Part shown: in pieces, positions 1-10,444 of the stretch
How the letters are laid out: the number at the start of each line of letters is the position of its first letter
Position numbering within the stretch: position 1 is the stretch's first letter
Source: Octopus sinensis
Lineage: Eukaryota
NCBI RefSeq assembly: GCF_006345805.1
Contig: NW_021833571.1
Coordinates: forward strand, 1 to 28,489
DNA length: 28,489 nt
Direction: 5' to 3'
Position numbers and translations under genes: made by a program
Notes under the pieces: model-generated
Databases searched by the model: none
The model's input: the letters and a program-made list of their open reading frames with translations, nothing else
What the model was told of the DNA's origin: nothing

Positions 1-620
1 AAAGATGACAGTTGCTAGATTAAATCTTAAACAATATTTTGGGATCAAGGGTGTAAAGAGAAAAACTACGTCTCTAAATATACGTTTGGCGGTGGAAATG
101 TTGACTTTTAAAGCTTGACAAAAAAATATCAGGTAATCTCTATGAACGAACAACTGTCCGGGAAATACTCTTGAAACTCTTGCACTTGGAATTTCAAATT
201 CGAATAAAAGTATAAAAAAAGCAACCAAATCTCACATTTGATAAGAAAAGATCAACGACCTCTGGCACAAATAAGTAGATGATAATCAACCAAGTTGAGA
301 ACTGACAATATGGAAGACGAATGTTTGCTGCTATCAAATTACTTATACAAGGTACTGTGAAGAAGTCACTAAAAATCTGCTATAACACAGGCCATTATCT
401 ACAAAACCCAGAGGATAAAGTAAACTATACACCCAAACACTTTGAGACCCAGTTTAAATCATTTGAAAAAAATATACCTAAATTTATTAGGAATCCAAAA
501 CCTTTTTATAGGCAAAACTACAGTGATGAGAGGTGTACAAATGCATTCATACACCTCAAAAGCAATCAGTCAGCTGGCTATGATGGTATGTCACTTAGTA
601 CTAAACACTTCTTTTGAGAA
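1..620 (+). mobile_element. Degenerate fragment of the RTE-like (APE+RT) non-LTR family: linker between endonuclease and RT
   Basis: Stop-riddled translation starts KMTVARLNLK (post-SDH segment) and ends EDKVNYTPKHFETQFKSFEKNIPKFIRNPKP...LKSNQSAGYDG. This parallels EDKASRIADHFKRQLQ...FIGHPRG...GYDEVP in the copy at about 7550-7720. Confidence 0.6.
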
Positions 621-954
621 CTAAAAAAGAGGATCGAAATCTTTAGAAGACAAAATTAAACTTGTTGAATTTCTTTACAGATTTCATACTCTGCTCATGA
701 TAAAAACAATTCAGAAATCCATTATAAACGTTAAACATAAAAAAATAGTAAAAACTATTAAAAAAATTACAGCTTAGACAGAAACAAAAAACAAAATTTT
801 ATTGTATCTTTTTTTTTGTTATAAAATTAAATTCTAATTCATCTTGAGTAAAAATAGTTTTTATTAAAACTATTAATCATTTTTCTTTAATTTACAAAAT
901 GTTAAGATTTCCAAACTAAAATAAATTCTTCATTATTAATTTATTTATTTATCT

Positions 955-3644
955 GTCCGATTTGCGACGGTGCAGATATATCCCCGTCAGGATTCCGAAG
1001 GCAGTCAGGCTACTTGCTGCAGAGAGTCTTGCCACCTTGATTGGAAATGCCACGAAGAAACACTCCGACGCCCTTTCATGGGCAAAACTATTCCTCTTTC
1101 CCGTCTACGCTTTGGGCGTCCCGATACAGCAACAAAGGGATGGGCAATCCCTTGCTAAAGTTTTGAAAGCGCAGATCGCTGAATTCATGTCCAATTTCGA
1201 GTCCGTCCTCTGCCCCCCTACCGAAGGGACGCACAAAGTTGAAAGAAGGCCTTCAAAGGCATCTGAGGCCGAAAGGATACGGCGGCTGGTACGGACAAAA
1301 CTCATGGAAGGAGACGTAAAGGCCGCTGTACGAACCATATCCTCCGACCTGGGCACCCTTCCATACAGCACTGCTACTGTTTCTGCATTGAAAGCGAAAC
1401 ATCCCAGCGCCCCTGAAGATCTTCGTGAATTCCACCTCCCTAATGTCATGCCACTAGTAGCCTCGGCCGCGGACGTCTCCGATAGCCTGAAATCCTTCCG
1501 CCGCAGCAGCTCTGGCGGTGTGGATGGCCTAAGGCCTGGGCATGTTCGTGATTTGATATGTCGGCTCTCAGGGGAAAACAATACTACCTTGCTCGAAAAG
1601 ATCGTCGAACTCTCTAACAAGATTCTGTCCGGCGACTTATGCTCTTTTGCCCGTGAACTGATCTTCTCCTCATGTTTGACGGCCCTAAAGAAGGCGGATG
1701 GCGGAGTTCGCCCCATTGCTGTCGGAAACATTTTCCGAAGGATTGCTTCCAAGATAGCAAGCAAGGCAGGCTCTGGGGAACTTCTGTCGTACTTCGTACC
1801 AACACAGCTCGGAGTTGGTGTCCGAGGAGGCGCTGAGGCCGGGGTCCACGTTCTGCGTGAGTTTGTTTTTTCTTCCACGGATTCCCAACAAATTCTGGCC
1901 AAGATCGATTTAAAGAATGCATTCAATTCTGTTAGAAGAGACTGTATTCTTGAAGCTTGTGCCAAAGAAATTCCGCACATCCTACCGATTGTAAATTTGG
2001 CATACTCCAAGCCTTCCGCGCTTGTATTCGGAACAACAATACTTGATTCTGCCAATGGAATTCAACAAGGTGACCCTCTAGGTCCTCTTTTATTCTCCCT
2101 CGCAATTCACCAAACAACGAGATCGTGTAAAAATGATTTTAACATGTGGTATTTGGATGATGGAGTAATTGGAGAAACCCCCGAAGGCATCTTGGAAACG
2201 CTGAAGTCTCTTGTTTTTAATTTTGGAGCGCTTGGGCTTGAATTCAACTGCGCCAAATGCGAAATTGTGAATGTCAACACGGACGAACTTTCCTTTCGTA
2301 AGTGGATGACCGAATTCGACAAACTGCTACCTGGATGCACCTTCCCCTCAAAGAGGACTTGATTTTTCTTGGATCTCCTATTTTTGAAAGTGGTATTAAA
2401 GCTGTTATGAAGGCTAAAATTTCGGAATTTTCCCTTCTCTCTGAAAAATTACGTTGTGTGGATAGCCACATTGGGCTCTTTTTAATGAGGAACTGTCTAT
2501 CTATTCCGAAGTTAACATATCCTTTGAGGACGGCCCAATGCTATCAGGAAACAGATCTTCTCGAAGACTATTCCGAGCATATGAGAGCTTGCACTGAGGA
2601 CATCCTCAACGTTAGCTTCGATACGCAGTCGTGAAGACAGGCGACTCTTCCAATTTCCCTGGGAGGGATCGGCTTGATCACCCCGGCAGATTCAGCGCAC
2701 GGCGCATATTTTTCCTCAGTACTCTCGTCCAGAGATATGATCGACACTGTTCTTTCTCAAATAAACGAACAGAGGAAATCATTTGCTGTTGATGATTGCG
2801 TCGCCGTATGGGAAAAGCTGGGATTGCCATTGCCATCTGATGTGACCTGCCAATCGGAGTGGACGTCGAAAGTCCACGCCAATACGTTTTCATGCCTAAA
2901 GGAAAACATGGACCAGAGAAGGTTGGCTTGTTTACAAGCGGGCAGCCAGCCCCTAAGCGGCGCGTGGCTAAACTGTTACCCTTGTAATACAACTGGCTGC
3001 CTTCTTAATGATGAAGCCGTAAGAATTGGAGTTTGTCTGCGCCTCGGTCTACGCGTCTATGAAAAACACCAATGCCGGTGCGGCATGTGGACTGACGAGT
3101 TTAGATATCACTCCCTCTCATGTCGAAACGGAATTGGACGTTCCTCACGGCATTGCGAACTGAACCAGATCATCTGTCGATCTCTTCGAACTGCTGGATT
3201 CCACACACAATTGGAACCTGCAGGGATTTTCGTAGAGGACGGCAGAAGACCCGATGGATGACCACATTTACATTCAGAGGGGAAAGTGTCTGGTTTGGGA
3301 CGTCACGTATGTGAACTCCTTTTCCAATCAGAACATCAAGTTATGCATCGAGAATCCTGGAGCCCGTCTGAACGGGCAGAGAAGAGAAAAGCTGAGAAAT
3401 ACGCTGGAATCGGGAATGGGAGAGTGTTTTCCCCCTGGCTGTTGAGACGTCAGGAATACAGGGGCCTTCTACTCGGACCCTATTCCAGCGCATTGCCTCA
3501 TTAATCGAAAGGGTTACCGGCGACCCGTGTGAGCACCGTATTTAATCGAAAGAATATCTATAGCAATAGTCAGAGACAATACTCTGACTATCTGCCAATG
3601 ACTATTTCTCTTTGATTTGAAATATAATAAAGACTAAAAAAAAA
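955..3644 (+). mobile_element. 5'-truncated, inactivated CRE-clade non-LTR retrotransposon (RT + Zn knuckle + restriction-like endonuclease)
   Basis: RT motifs QLGVGVRGGAEA, KIDLKNAFNSV, GIQQGDPLGPLLFSLAI and WYLDDG in ORF 962-2362. Downstream frames give LGSPI, CRCG-x8-HSLSC, RH..LN, RPDG, WDVT and the terminus RISIAIVRDN (stop 3599-3601). AATAAA at 3626-3631 and A9 at 3636-3644. Lesions: frameshift near 2350, TGA at 2632-2634, further frameshifts at about 3255-3530. Confidence 0.9.
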
Positions 3645-3649
3645 TTTAT

Positions 3650-4606
3650 TGGTTGAGGTGGTTACGTGCCTCTCTTTGATATGTCTCAAACATGTTCTAT
3701 TCAATCGAGCCTTTCTATTGCTTCTTTTAATGTTAGAGGACTATCAGCGAAGTCAAAACGGAATACCTTATGCGACGACCTAGACCGTTACGGGGTCGAT
3801 GTTTGCTGTCTTCAAGAGACGAAGGTCGCGGAAGGGAATGATGAAGCTTATGGAAAATACCGCCTATATTTCTCCACTCTGAGTGCCGACACTACGGATT
3901 GGGATTCGCTGTTCGAGCCTCACTGGAAAAGAGGAACTCAAAGTCTGGAGTGTTAATAACCGCATCGCGATTCTTCAAATCAAACTGAAATCGAAAGGAA
4001 GTAAAATTTTCCCATCATCAACGTGTATGCATTCCATACGGGGAGACTGTTGGTTGCTTCTGATGAGTTGGACAAATTTTACGCAAGCCTTTTAGAATTA
4101 TGCAACGTATTAAACAAGACAACAGTCCTATTTCTGACGGGAGAATGGAATGCCAAGCAGGCATTAAGAAAAATGATGAAATATGCATTGGTAGCCATGG
4201 AAGAGGCTACCGAAACTCTTCCGGAGACTCTCTAGTTGGGTTTTGCCTGGCATTTGATCTCTATCTCTGCATTACGACCTTTCAACATCCTGCCAGGCAT
4301 AAGACGACGTGGACTGGCTATAGGAAGACCGAAGCGGGAAGGAGATCACAATATATAATCAAATAGATTATATACTATGTCAGAATACACACAAGGACTC
4401 TCTTATAGACTCACGCTCTTACGGAGGCGCCGCTACAAATAGCGACCACAGAAAACAGTAGCTCGGATACGTATGCAAAAAATATTTGGCAACATAGCCA
4501 TGAACTATACAGCCAATACAAAACAAAGAAGGCTCGCTACGGAGGAATTGATTAACAATACCACGAAACGGAGGAAATATCAAGATAATATCGAACAACT
4601 CATAAC
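3650..4606 (+). mobile_element. RTE-like retrotransposon, 5' half: frameshifted AP-endonuclease domain and start of linker
   Basis: LSIASFNVRG, CCLQETK, NRIAILQI, GEWNAK (GDxNA motif), GxRNSSG, TWTG, NQIDYI and SDH motifs across frames; ATG at 3681. Ends abruptly at TAGGG (4607). Confidence 0.85.
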
Positions 4607-4776
4607 TAGGGCAACCAAAAGTCATATAAGTCATATTTTTTTATTGGTCATATTGATGTTATTTCTATAATTAATAAACTATTATTATATTTTTTAATAG
4701 TTTTATTAATTTTTTTAGGTCTTATAGGTCATATTTATGCCGTTAGGTCATATTATTTTTTTAGGTCATATTTTTT

Positions 4777-6015
4777 GTCACCGTCAGATAGGTCGGCGCC
4801 AGATCGGTTATGTAAAATTTTTAATAAAACTCCTTTCGGAAGTAATTTTCTTTTTCTGTTCATTCTTTTGTTGATTTTAATATTATTTTTGCTAAATATT
4901 AAGTTACTGAGTTCATAAAAAACCAACATCCAGTCATTTCCAGATAATTACCGAATTGATTTTGCATTTTATTTAAAAACGCTTTAACCAAGGTTAGCCA
5001 AACAATTCTCAACAATAAAGTTTATTAGAAAAATCCTTTTTAATTTTTAAAAATGTTGTAATTTCTATTTTTATCATTAAAACTCTAAAATACAATCCGG
5101 CCTACGGCCGGATGATTCAATGTGAATATTTTTCCCTATGCGGCCTTCGGCCGCGTCGAATTCTCAACAATGGCACAATTATTTCACAATTAAGTAATAT
5201 GGCACGAGAAAAAACACAGAACGAACCCATGAATATTTGCAGTTAAAGTTTTTTTACTCTGCTAATATGTATCCTTTGATCTTTTTCATCCTCTTCATTA
5301 GTTATCGTTACGAGTTCTCGATCCCTATTTTTCACAATATTTTTTTGTGCAGATATCTCGTCGTATAATGGGTATTTTCTATAACCGGGTTTGCATCCCC
5401 ATCATGGCGTATTAAAATTTCATCCCACTTTCAGCTTCATCATATTCCATTTTCTCCACCTTTTCATTTTTCTCCCGATTTTACAATATTTTCAGGGCTT
5501 TTTTCCTTTTCCTAACACTAACACATTTAGATACCACAGATGCCACATCAGTACGTCTGACACCATAAATGGTGAGTGTAAATAACTGTACAATTTATCA
5601 CTCCAAAGTGATTAAGATTGTGTTGAGCCTAATTTAAATAAACAATACACTACTTCATGATTTTAACTTAAGCTCAGTGTCTTCGATACAAAAAAAACGC
5701 AACTTTGAGCCATTTTTAGAAATGTAGTGTTGTTCTCCTTGAACAAAATTTTTTGGCATATCTCCGTATTCGTGCCCTTTCTTCCGACTCAAGGAATCAT
5801 CAAGGTGGCCTGATTCCAAATACTCCCTAATTTTTTCGAGGGTGTCTCGAGTTAATCACTAAACCATTGATTAATGCTATCTTTTCAACTTTTTAGAACT
5901 TTTTTATTAATAAGATTTTATTTTTTTATTATCAATATTTGTTTGCAATGAAATGTTTTGTAGGAAAAATATTTGTTGTATTTAGATAATTGACCTGACC
6001 GGTCTGGACGGTGAC
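4777..6015. mobile_element. Non-autonomous TIR element inserted in the hAT subterminal region
   Basis: Left end GTCACCGTCAGATAGGTCGGCGCCAGATCGGT (4777-4808). Right end ...GACGGTGAC (6015). The duplicate copy keeps ACCGATCTGGCGCC (19951-19964), a perfect inverse of 4795-4808. ATTTTTT flanks both sides as a possible TSD. Superfamily not determined. Confidence 0.6.
5017..5158. other. 142-bp segment ending in two GC-rich hairpins, flanked by a 13-bp direct repeat
   Basis: ATCCGGCC-TAC-GGCCGGAT (5095-5113) and GCGGCC-TTC-GGCCGC (5140-5154); AATTCTCAACAAT at 5004-5016 and 5159-5171. Confidence 0.6.
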
Positions 6016-6143
6016 ATTTTTTTTTGTTAGGTCATATTTAATTTATTAAATCATATATTTTTATTAATCTTTGTTTAAATTTTGACAATAACACGTTTTC
6101 ACACGTTTTGGTAGTTGGCCGCTTAAATATTATAGATTTTTAC

Positions 6144-7190
6144 ATGCCGAAACAAAAGCAATCCAACAATCAAAAGTTAAATAAAATAATTAAACGATAC
6201 CCGTCTGAATTCAGATTGATTCAGCTGGACGTTTATTTTGTTTGAAATTCTCAGTTTTTGTTAATTTTACGAAAACGTTTAATGTGGTGCAGCACAGGGA
6301 AACTACCCGGCATAAAAAGGAACAGACAAAATTTCAAACGCAACTCAACACTCTTCCGAAACTTGAAGCAAAGAAAAATTTCGGAATTTGCTTAGTCGAA
6401 ATGATGACGAAGGCGAATATACCTCTTTACAAAATAAGAAATAAACACTTTATTAATTTTTTTAATAATCTCGGATTTACTGTTCCCAGCGAAACAGAAA
6501 TTTGTTAACGTTCTTTGTGGGACTATTGAAAGTCCTGAAAAAATTTATTTATTAAATTGTTTGGAAATTGAAATTTGTGATGCATCTGCAATTTGTAGAA
6601 TTGTGGATGACACAATTCGAATTTATGATATAAAAAGGGAAAATTTTTTATTATTTATTTCTGATGCTGCCCGTTATATGACTTTAGCAGCGAGTACATT
6701 GAAGGTTATGTATATTAAAATGATTCATATAACTTGTTTTGCTCATCTTCTGCACATTGTGCATTTAAGATTAGAGCACATTATAAATAATTGACGACTT
6801 AATCTCGTCTATCAAAATGTCGATTGTAAAAAATCTTTCCCGGAGGAGTCTTTTTACAGTTATTGGACTTCCACCTGATGTTGTTCTAACAAGATGGGGC
6901 AGCTGGTTGGACGCAGCAAAATATTATAGTCGACATCTTTCAAGAGTTCGCGAAATTGTCTTATCCTATCCAATTGTGGAAAGATTGTGATGAATGCGAA
7001 AAATGCTGTTAGCTCTGAAAATTTGGAGAAAAATCTGGCAGAGTTAATGGCTTCATACAACCCTATCATTGATGAAATCAGAAAATGCCAAGAAAAATTT
7101 TATACAATTAAAGATGCAATTGAATTCATTGATTCCGTTAATTTTGGTGAGGATAATTGTGACATCAACAATTATTTTTTAAAGCGGATA
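6144..7190 (+). pseudogene. hAT-like transposase pseudogene (DUF659-type), frameshifted, internally deleted, C-terminally truncated
   Basis: Merging both copies reads MPKQKQ...ANIPLYK...PSET|KFVNVLVGT...SDAARYM...HITCFAHLLHNCA...TRWGSW...YFLKRI. Confidence 0.75.
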
Positions 7191-9188
7191 AGTATGTTAC
7201 CATGGACGAATATTAAAAGTCGGATACAGGAGTAACCGCTCAAACAATTACACATACAATGACTCAAAACTGAGAGAGATGTCAGAACAACAAAGAGACA
7301 TCCGCCTGAGAATCGAAAACTGTGGTATGGAAACCAAAAAAAGCTAAAGAATAAACGGAACAGGCTCCTTCATGAAATTAGAGACAGGGGACGCCTACTA
7401 TGGATGAAATACTTAGACGATAAAGTTACTGAAATTGAAAGACTCCCACCTGGGAACCAGATATTTATGGCCACCCGATTACTTAATCGAGCTCACGAAA
7501 TACCAAAATATCGATATGGGATGAATCAGAACACATGATATTGGACGATGAAGATAAAGCATCACGAATTGCCGACCACTTCAAGAGACAACTCCAAACA
7601 GATGACACTTATACACCCCATTCATTGGTCATCCGCGAGGCTTATTGAACGAAATAACACCCTCGGAGGTCCTGGAAGCATTTCATCGTATAAACAATAA
7701 CAGGATATGATGAAGTCCCAAGGGAACTACTCAAATACGCTCCCAACAATCTAGCGAGCTTTTTCGCACAGATGCTGAACAAGGCGTTTGCCCAACACTG
7801 CCCACTTCCAATCGGGACAGGAATAATAATACCCGTCCAGAAACCGGGCAAACGACGGGGACCCTGTGGAAGCCTGAGACTGGTTGTATTAGTCACCTTT
7901 CTAAGGAAAACTCTATCGACTATTGTTCGAAGCCGAATATCAAGATCAATCGATCGTTATCTCTCTTGCAGTCAGAGTGGTTTCAGGCCTGGAAGATCCA
8001 CGGCCGATATTGTTTGGACCTATCGCTGGATCAATGCAATATGTCAGAAGTATAAACGATCTTTTCATGTCCTGGTAATCAACATGAGCAAAGCTTTTGA
8101 TAGCATCAACAGGAGCAAACTACTTATCGTGTTAAAGAACATTGTAGATGAAGACAGTCTACGCATGATACGTCTGCTATTATCGGAAACTCAACTTCTT
8201 GTCAGAATTGGCCCTAAGGAATCTAGACTATTTCCTACAAATGTTGGAACCCCACAAGGGGACACACTATCGCCTATATTATTTATCGTCTATCTGGAGG
8301 CAGCTCTGAGAGACCTAAGACTAGAAATTGGATGTATGGACAACCAAGTTATGGAACTCGTATACGCGGATGATCTTGATTTTATTACGGAGGATCGGAA
8401 ATTAATAGAAATTATTATGGAGAAAGCAAGAACAATTTTCGATAAATGGTCACACAAAGTCAATGAAGAGAAAACCGAAATAACCACCGTCGAACGTGTG
8501 CCAACTCGCATAGATGAGAAGTGGCAAAACGTCCGAAAACTCGGATCTCTTCTTGGCGATTCCGAAGATATTACCAGACGAAAAATATTATCAACAATTG
8601 CACTTAAAAAACTTCAATCCATCTGGATGAGAAAAAACCAAATTTCGACTAAGATGCGCCTACGATTATATGATGCATTTGTCCGACCTGTCCTCATGCA
8701 CAACGCAGGTACTTGGGGAACATCAGAGAAAAACATGGAGCAACTTGACTCTTTCCACAGGGGTCAACTGAGAAAACTCCTCGGCTATTCGTGGCCGAAG
8801 AAAATATCAAATGATAAATTATACAGGTTAGCTAACTGTGGGCCTATAAGTCTAAATATACTTGAAACCCGCTGGCGCCTGTTTGGACATATTTTACGAA
8901 TGAAGAAAGAAACACCATGCAACATGGCCATGGAAGAATTTTTCGGCCATACTGAATACTCTAAATATAGAGGACGTCCAAGAGACTGTCTTCCGGGAAT
9001 ACTTACAAAGGAATATGCTATGATCGGAGGCCGATTGATGGATGCAGACGATCTGGACGAAATCGGAAAGAGGGCAAGACGACGGAAGGGATGGAAGGGA
9101 CTAACGACAAGAATAGTTAAAAACATGGCACAAGCGAAACCATAAACTTTGTTTACAGGCAACGCGAACGTGCATTAACTAATTATTA
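7190..9188 (+). mobile_element. RTE-like retrotransposon, 3' half: linker, RT and C-terminus (open frame 7772-9145)
   Basis: QSGFRPGRST, INMSKAFD, GTPQGDTLSPILF, YADD, KLGS and RWRLFGHILR motifs; stop at 9143-9145; short TAAC/TAAT-rich tail. The upstream part (7190-7770) is frameshifted. Confidence 0.9.
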
Positions 9189-9474
9189 ATACCTCATATG
9201 AAGCTAGCAGACATAATTTATCTATTGGTCTAAATCCGAAATTGCTATGTTTTTGAGATTTATCATTTTTAGTTCTCTTTGCAATAAAACTATCGACAGT
9301 TTCAAAATTTTTTGGGTGAGTTTTTTCCCTGTCTTTTTTATTTTGACTGCTTCAAAGAGTTGTTTCTATTATTACGTTGCACATCATTCACTAGGCTTTA
9401 TCAACGTTGTCAGATACAGTATATTAAGTAAATCCATATTGGAGATAAGTATCATTCCATTTTCGATTAACCAT
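9189..9474 (-). pseudogene. N-terminal fragment of a Buster/Charlie-type hAT transposase (BED-finger region), decayed
   Basis: Minus strand reads MVNRKWNDTYLQYGFT*...KA**MMCNV...SLKQSK*KR...THPK...LLASYEV. This matches the RKY..YL.YGF / PQC..C / KPSKLKRH...H / ASY.V pattern of that family. Cut at the RTE 3' end. Confidence 0.65.
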
Positions 9475-9799
9475 TACAATCAAATAACAAAAAAATACGT
9501 GGAATAAAAATAGTCTCTGTATACTGACATCTCAAAAGTTAATACCCACTTTGATTATTTTTCCATTATGTATTTTCTAAAAGTTTGGAAGGTACACCGC
9601 TTTCAGAAATAGATAACCTCAGATTAGTGGTCTAAAAAAATTATGAATTCTGAGTCGTAAACCCAATATTTTTTTAAGATAAAAAAGAATTATCTAATTA
9701 TGCCTCCTTTCATTTTCAAAAAATGATAAAATGGTCTAATAGGAAATGAAAATCGGCTGTTTTCAAAGTAGTTATGAAGTCTGTAAAGCAAAAAGAATT

Positions 9800-10030
9800 A
9801 AATTAATCGTTTGGACCCCACGTTCTCGAATTGTATTGTAGTATGTCACAGTCCAAATAAAATACACGCCGAACAATTACATTCATTAATTTTACTGACT
9901 GGCAAAGTATTTTGTTCTTCATTGACTTAAAAAACAAGTGCTATACTATCATATTTCACTATCTGCTTATTCCGCTGCGTGTCCATTCTCTGGACGGTCA
10001 CAAAGTTTTTGAAAGAAGCTAGATTGAAGA
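9800..10030 (-). mobile_element. Highly decayed RTE-like RT C-terminal fragment
   Basis: VTVQRMDTQ resembles TEIKRMDTK (copy at about 15300), and ILQYNSRTWG resembles VLMHNAGTWG (copy at about 8700). Confidence 0.4.
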
Positions 10031-10444
10031 TATAATGGTTAATACTTTTTTGAATAGACTAAATTGAAAAACTTAGTATAGTAAAAAAGAAGAAAAACAA
10101 ATGAATTTAGAAAATTTGCTTTTGACTGAATTTTACTCACATAAAATATTTCTTCCGTAATGCATTTAGTTGCAGTATGTGTAGTTAAGACACCGAACTA
10201 CAAAGCTATTTCTACATTTCTCAACTAGATTCACATTTTTTGTTTCCTGAAAGCTGACTCGCTTTGTGTAAATGCAAAACTAAATAGTTAAAATCTAAGT
10301 CAGCTTAATAAATAAAAAGAATTTTTATATTATAATAAAATCCGAAATGTTAGTACGAAGAATTAATAAACCCGAGAAACCAAGGCAAGTACTAAAAATA
10401 CAAAATTAACAAAACTATTAAAACCATTTTTTTCAATTGAAACC

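Larger units (their letters stand above)
4607..7190 (+). mobile_element. hAT-like DNA transposon: left end and truncated transposase; right end missing
   Basis: Begins TAGGGCAACC, followed by subterminal (A)GGTCATATT repeats at 4619-4775 and again at 6029. Transposase remnant from ATG 6144 with SDAARYM, HITCFAHLLH (CxxH) and TRWGSW motifs. Stops at YFLKRI near 7190. Confidence 0.75.

Noticed and set aside
1-228. About 75-codon stop-free frame on the minus strand
   Set aside because: No ATG or recognisable motif; it is antisense to the decayed RTE-like linker.
1105-2055. 316-aa antisense ORF
   Set aside because: Shadow frame of the GC-richer CRE RT; no recognisable motifs.
2632-2634. In-frame TGA at an expected Trp position, suggesting UGA=Trp recoding
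   Set aside because: A single event in an element that also has frameshifts. UPF1 Trp codons are TGG, and other TGAs fall at non-Trp positions.
5597-5612. Small hairpin ATCACT-CCAA-AGTGAT as a Helitron 3' signal
   Set aside because: A 6-bp AT-rich stem is expected by chance, and there is no CTRR terminus at the usual distance.
7772-9145. RT as part of a retron, group II intron, DGR or telomerase-like system
   Set aside because: The motifs, the upstream AP endonuclease and multiple decayed relatives identify an ordinary non-LTR retrotransposon family.
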